Assembly: GCA_051362555.1 (NCBI GenBank) | Contig: CM120644.1 | Location: forward strand, 20,110,534-20,174,533 | Direction: 5' to 3' | Origin: Lingula anatina | Taxonomy: Eukaryota; Animalia; Brachiopoda | Length of the DNA: 64,000 nt | Part shown: piece after piece, positions 58,601 to 64,000 of the stretch | Layout: every line of letters begins with the position of its first letter | How positions within the stretch are numbered: position 1 is the first letter of the stretch | Notes under the pieces: model-generated | The model's database searches: none | What the model was told of the DNA's origin: nothing | What the model saw: the letters and a program-made list of their open reading frames with translations, nothing else | Made by a program: the position numbers and the translations under genes

Positions 58601-61600
58601 ACATCAACAATTGCTCTTGTATTATGGAAAGACATTGAACATTGTGACATCAACAATTGCAGTTGTATTATGGGAAGACATTGAACATTGTGACATCAAC
58701 AATTGGTGTTGTATTATGGGAGAACATTGTGACATCAACAATTGGTGTTGTATTATGGGAAGACATTGAACATTGTGACACCAACAATTGCAGTTGTATT
58801 ATGGGAAGACATTGAACATTGTGCCATCAACAATTGCAGTTGTATTATGGGAAGACATTGAACATTGTGACATCAACAATTGCTGTTGTATTATGGGAGA
58901 ACATTGTGACATCAACAATTGCAGTTGTATTATGGGAAGACATTGAACATTACAAGACATCAACAACTGCTGTTGTATTATGGGAGGACGTTGAACATTG
59001 TGGCATCAACAACTGCTGTTATATTATGGGAAGACATTGAACATTGTGGCATCAACAACTGCTGTTGTATTATGGGAAGACATTGAACATTGTGGCATCA
59101 AGAACTGCTGTTGTATTATGGGAAGACATTGAACATTACAAGACATCAACAACTGCTGTTGTATTATGGGAGGACATTGAACATAATTGTGACATCAACA
59201 ATTACTGTTGTATTATGGGAATACATTGAACATTGTGACATCAACAACTGCTGTTGTATTATGGGAATACATTGAACATTGTGACATCAACAATTCTATT
59301 TGTATTATGGGAGGACATTGAACATTGTGACATCAACAATTGCTCTTGTATTATGGAAAGACATTGAACATTGTAACATCAACAATTGCTCTTGTATTAT
59401 GGAAAGACATTGAACATTGTGACATCAACAATTGCTCTTGTATTATGGGAAGACATTGAACATTGTGACATCAACAATTGCTGTTGTATTATGGGAGAAC
59501 ATTGTGACATCAACAATTGGTGTTGTATTATGGAAAGATATTGCACATTGTGACATCAACAATTGCAGTTGTATTATGGAAAGACATTGAACATTGTGTC
59601 ATCAACTGCTGTTGTATTATGGGAGGACGTTGAACATTGTGGCATCAACAACTGCTGTTATATTATGGGAAGACATTGAACATTGTGGCATCAACAATTG
59701 CTGTTGTATTATGGGCGAACATTGTGACATCAACAATTGGTGTTGTATTATGGAAAGACATTGAACATTGTGACATCAACAATTGCTCTTGTATTATGGA
59801 AAGACATTGAACATTGTGTCATCAACTGCTGTTGTATTATGCGAGGACGTGGAACATTGTGGCATCAACAATTGCAGTTGTATTATGGGAAGACATTGAA
59901 CATTGTGACATCAACAATTGCTGTTGTATTATGGGAGAACATTGTGACATCAACAATTGGTGTTGTATTATGGAAAGACATTGAACATTGTGACATCAAC
60001 AATTGCTCTTGTATTATGGAAAGACATTGAACATTGTGTCATCAACTGCTGTTGTATTATGGGAGGACGTTGAACATTGTGGCATCAACAACTGCTGTTA
60101 TATTATGGGAAGACATTGAACATTGTGGCATCAACAACTGCTGTTGTATTATGGGAAGACATTGAACATTACAAAACATCAATTGCTGTTGTATTATGGG
60201 AAGACATTGAACATTTTGGCATCAACAACTGCTGTTGTATTATGGGAAGACATTGAACATTACAAAACATCAACAATTGCAGTTGTATTATGGGAAGACA
60301 TTGAAAATTGTGGCATCAACAACTGCTGTTATATTATGGGAAGACATTGAACATTATGGTATCAACAACTGCTGTTGTATTATGGGAAGACATTGAACAT
60401 TACAAAACATGAACAATTGCAGTTGTATTATGGGAAGACATTGAATATTGTGGCATCAACAATTGCTCTTGTATTATGGAAAGACATTGAACATTGTGAC
60501 ATCAACAATTGCTCTTGTATTCTGGAAAGACATTGAACATTGTGACATGAACAATTGCAGTTGTATTATGGGAAGACATTGAACATTGTGACATGAACAA
60601 TTGCTGTTGTATTATAGGAGAACATTGTGACATCAACAATTGGTGTTGTATTATGGGAAGACATTGAACATTGTGACATCAACAATTGCTCTTGTATTAT
60701 GGAAAGACATTGAACATTGTGACATCAACAATTGCAGTTGTATTATGGGAAGACATTGAACATTGTGACATCAACAATTGGTGTTGTATTATGGGAGAAC
60801 ATTGTGACATCAACAATTGGTGTTGTATTATGGGAAGACATTGAACATTGTGACAGCAACAATTGCAGTTGTATTATGGGAATACATTGAACATTGTGAC
60901 ATCAACAATTGCAGTTGTATTATGGGAATACATTGAACATTGTGACATCAACAATTGCTGTTGTATTATGGGAGAATATTGTGACATCAACAATTGCAGT
61001 TGTATTATGGGAAAACATTGAACATTACAAGACATCAACAACTGCTGTTGTATTATGGGAGGACATTGAACATTGTGGCATCAACAACTGCTGTTATATT
61101 ATGGGAAGACATTGAACATTGTGGCATCAACAACTGCTGTTGTATTATGGGAAGACATTGAACATTACAAAACATCAACAATTGCTGTTGTATTTTGGGA
61201 AGACATTGAACATTGTGGCATCAACAACTGGTGTTGTATTATGGGAATACATTGAACATTGTGACATCAACAATTCTATTTGTATTATGGGAGGACATTG
61301 AACATTGTGACATCAACAATTGCTCTTGTATTATGGAAAGACATTGAACATTGTAACATCAACAATTGCTCTTGTATTATGGAAAGACATTGAACATTGT
61401 GACATCAACAATTGCTCTTGTATTATGGGAAGACATTGAACATTGAGACATCAACAATTGCTGTTGTATTATGGGAGAACATTGTGACATCAACAATTGG
61501 TGTTGTATTATGGAAAGATATTGCACATTGTGACATCAACAATTGCAGTTGTATTATGGAAAGACATTGAACATTGTGTCATCAACTGCTGTTGTATTAT

Positions 61601-64000
61601 GGGAGGACGTTGAACATTGTGGCATCAACAACTGCTGTTATATTATGGGAAGACATTGAACATTGTGGCATCAACAATTGCTGTTGTATTATGGGAGAAC
61701 ATTGTGACATCAACAATTGGTGTTGTATTATGGAAAGACATTGAACATTGTGACATCAACAATTGCTCTTGTATTATGGAAAGACATTGAACATTGTGTC
61801 ATCAACTGCTGTTGTATTATGGGAGGACGTCGAACATTGTGGCATAAACAATTGCAGTTGTATTATGGGAAGACATTGAACATTGTGACATCAACAATTG
61901 CTGTTCTATTATGGGAGAACATTGTGACATCAACAATTGGTGTTGTATTATGGAAAGACATTGAACATTGTGACATCAACAATTGCTCTTGTATTATGGA
62001 AAGACATTGAACATTGTGTCATCAACTGCTGTTGTATTATGGGAGGACGTTGAACATTGTGGCATCAACAACTGCTGTTATATTATGGGAAGACATTAAA
62101 CATTGTGGCATCAACAACTGCTGTTGTATTATGGGAAGACATTGAACAATACAAAACATCAATTGCTGTTGTATTATGGGAATACATTGAACATTTTGGC
62201 ATCAACAACTGCTGTTATATTTTGGGAAGACATTGAACATTATGGCATCAACAACTGCTGTTGTATTATGGGAAGACATTGAACATTACAAAACATCAAC
62301 AATTGCAGTTGTATTATGGGAAGACATTGAAAATTGTGGCATCAACAACTGCTGTTGTATTATGGGAAGACATTGAACATTATGGTATCAACAACTGCTG
62401 TTGTATTATGGGAAGACATTGAACATAACAAAACATGAACAATTGCAGTTGTATTATGGGAAGACATTGAACATTGTGGCATCAACAATTGCTCTTGTAT
62501 TATGGAAAGACATTGAACATTGTGACATCAACAATTGCTCTTGTATTATGGAAAGACATTGAACATTGTGACATCAACAATTGCAGTTGTATTATGGGAA
62601 GACATTGAACATTGTGACATCAACAATTGGTGTTGTATTATGGGAGAACATTGTGACATCAACAATTGGTGTTGTATTATGGGAAGACATTGAACATTGT
62701 GACATCAACAATTGCAGTTGTATTATGGGAATACATTGAACATTGTGACATCAACAATTGCAGTTGTATTATGGGAATACACTGAACATTGTGACATCAA
62801 CAATTGCTGTTGTATTATGGGAGAAAATTGTGACATCAACAATTGGTGTTGTATTATGGGAAGACATTTTACATTACAAGACATCAACAACTGCTGTTGT
62901 ATTATGGGAGGACGTTGAACATTGTGGCATCAACAACTGCTGTTATATTATGGGAAGACATTGAACATTGTGACATCAACAATTTCTCTTGTATTATGGA
63001 AAGACATTGAACATTGTGACATCAACAATTGCAGTTGTATTATGGGAAGACATTGAACATTGTGACATCAACAATTGGTGTTGTATTATGGGAGAACATT
63101 GTGACATCAACAATTGGTGTTGTATTATGGGAAGACATTGAACATTGTGACACCAACAATTGCAGTTGTATTATGGGAAGACATTGAACATTGTGCCATC
63201 AACAATTGCAGTTGTATTATGGGAAGACATTGAACATTGTGACATCAACAATTGCTGTTGTATTATGGGAGAACATTGTGACATTAACAATTGCAGTTGT
63301 ATTATGGGAAGACATTGAACATTACAAGACATCAACAACTGCTGTTGTATTATGGGAGGACGTTGAACATTGTGGCATCAACAACTGCTGTTATATTATG
63401 GGAAGACATTGAACATTGTGGCATCAACAACTGCTGTTGTATTATGGGAAGACATTGAACATTGTGGCATCAAGAACTGCTGTTGTATTATGGGAAGACA
63501 TTGAACATTACAAGACATCAACAACTGCTGTTGTATTATGGGAGGACATTGAACATAATTGTGACATCAACAATTACTGTTGTATTATGGGAATACATTG
63601 AGCATTGTGACATCAACAACTGCTGTTGTATTATGGGAATACATTGAACATTGTGACATCAACAATTCTATTTGTATTATGGGAGGACATTGAACATTGT
63701 GACATCAACAATTGCTCTTGTATTATGGAAAGACATTGAACATTGTAACATCAACAATTGCTCTTGTATTATGGAAAGACATTGAACATTGTAACATCAA
63801 CAATTGCTCTTGTATTATGGAAAGACATTGAACATTGTGACATCAACAATTGCTCTTGTATTATGGGAAGACATTGAACATTGTGACATCAACAATTGCT
63901 GTTGTATTATGGGAGAACATTGTGACATCAACAATTGGTGTTGTATTATGGAAAGATATTGCACATTGTGACATCAACAATTGCAGTTGTATTATGGAAA
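55698..64000. repeat. 46-bp satellite, main homogeneous array (>8.3 kb, continues beyond window) with 39-, 43- and 49-bp variants
   Basis: Continuous tandem units. The many repetitive ORFs (IVTSTIAVVLWE..., HCDINNCCCIMG...) are translations of the repeat. Confidence 0.99.

Noticed and set aside
55698-64000. CRISPR-like array or repetitive protein gene (many ORFs such as IVTSTIAVVLWE)
   Set aside because: Units are contiguous with no unique spacers, there are no cas genes, and the context is eukaryotic. The 46-bp unit is not a multiple of 3 and the ORFs are short with frequent stops.

Overview
Eukaryotic (metazoan, probably marine invertebrate) genomic DNA. It is AT-rich, with GT-AG spliced genes. 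From left to right: (1) the right end of a Kolobok-type DNA transposon (transposase C-terminus on +, a 5-exon KolX/P2X7-ballast-like gene on -, TTAA-flanked terminus at 3894), lying in an intron of (2) an OXSR1/STK39 (OSR1/SPAK/fray) STE20 kinase gene with 15 exons visible (4307-24305). Its introns also hold a Helentron-like non-autonomous element and a same-strand, intronless UDP-glycosyltransferase gene. (3) A 12-exon CYP20-like cytochrome P450 with an in-frame TAA at the start of exon 3, bracketed by two inverted copies of a TTAA MITE. (4) An intergenic zone with MITEs and SINE-like relics. (5) A >9 kb 46-bp satellite interrupted by a 5'-truncated LINE, which is itself interrupted by a second Helentron-like element. 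The most striking signal is three independent tandem arrays in the kinase gene whose units are copies of real exon-intron junctions (15 acceptors, 7 donors, 4 acceptor+exon units). In each array only the terminal copy preserves the reading frame and the other copies disrupt it. Exon structures were read by eye and novelty could not be checked against the literature.
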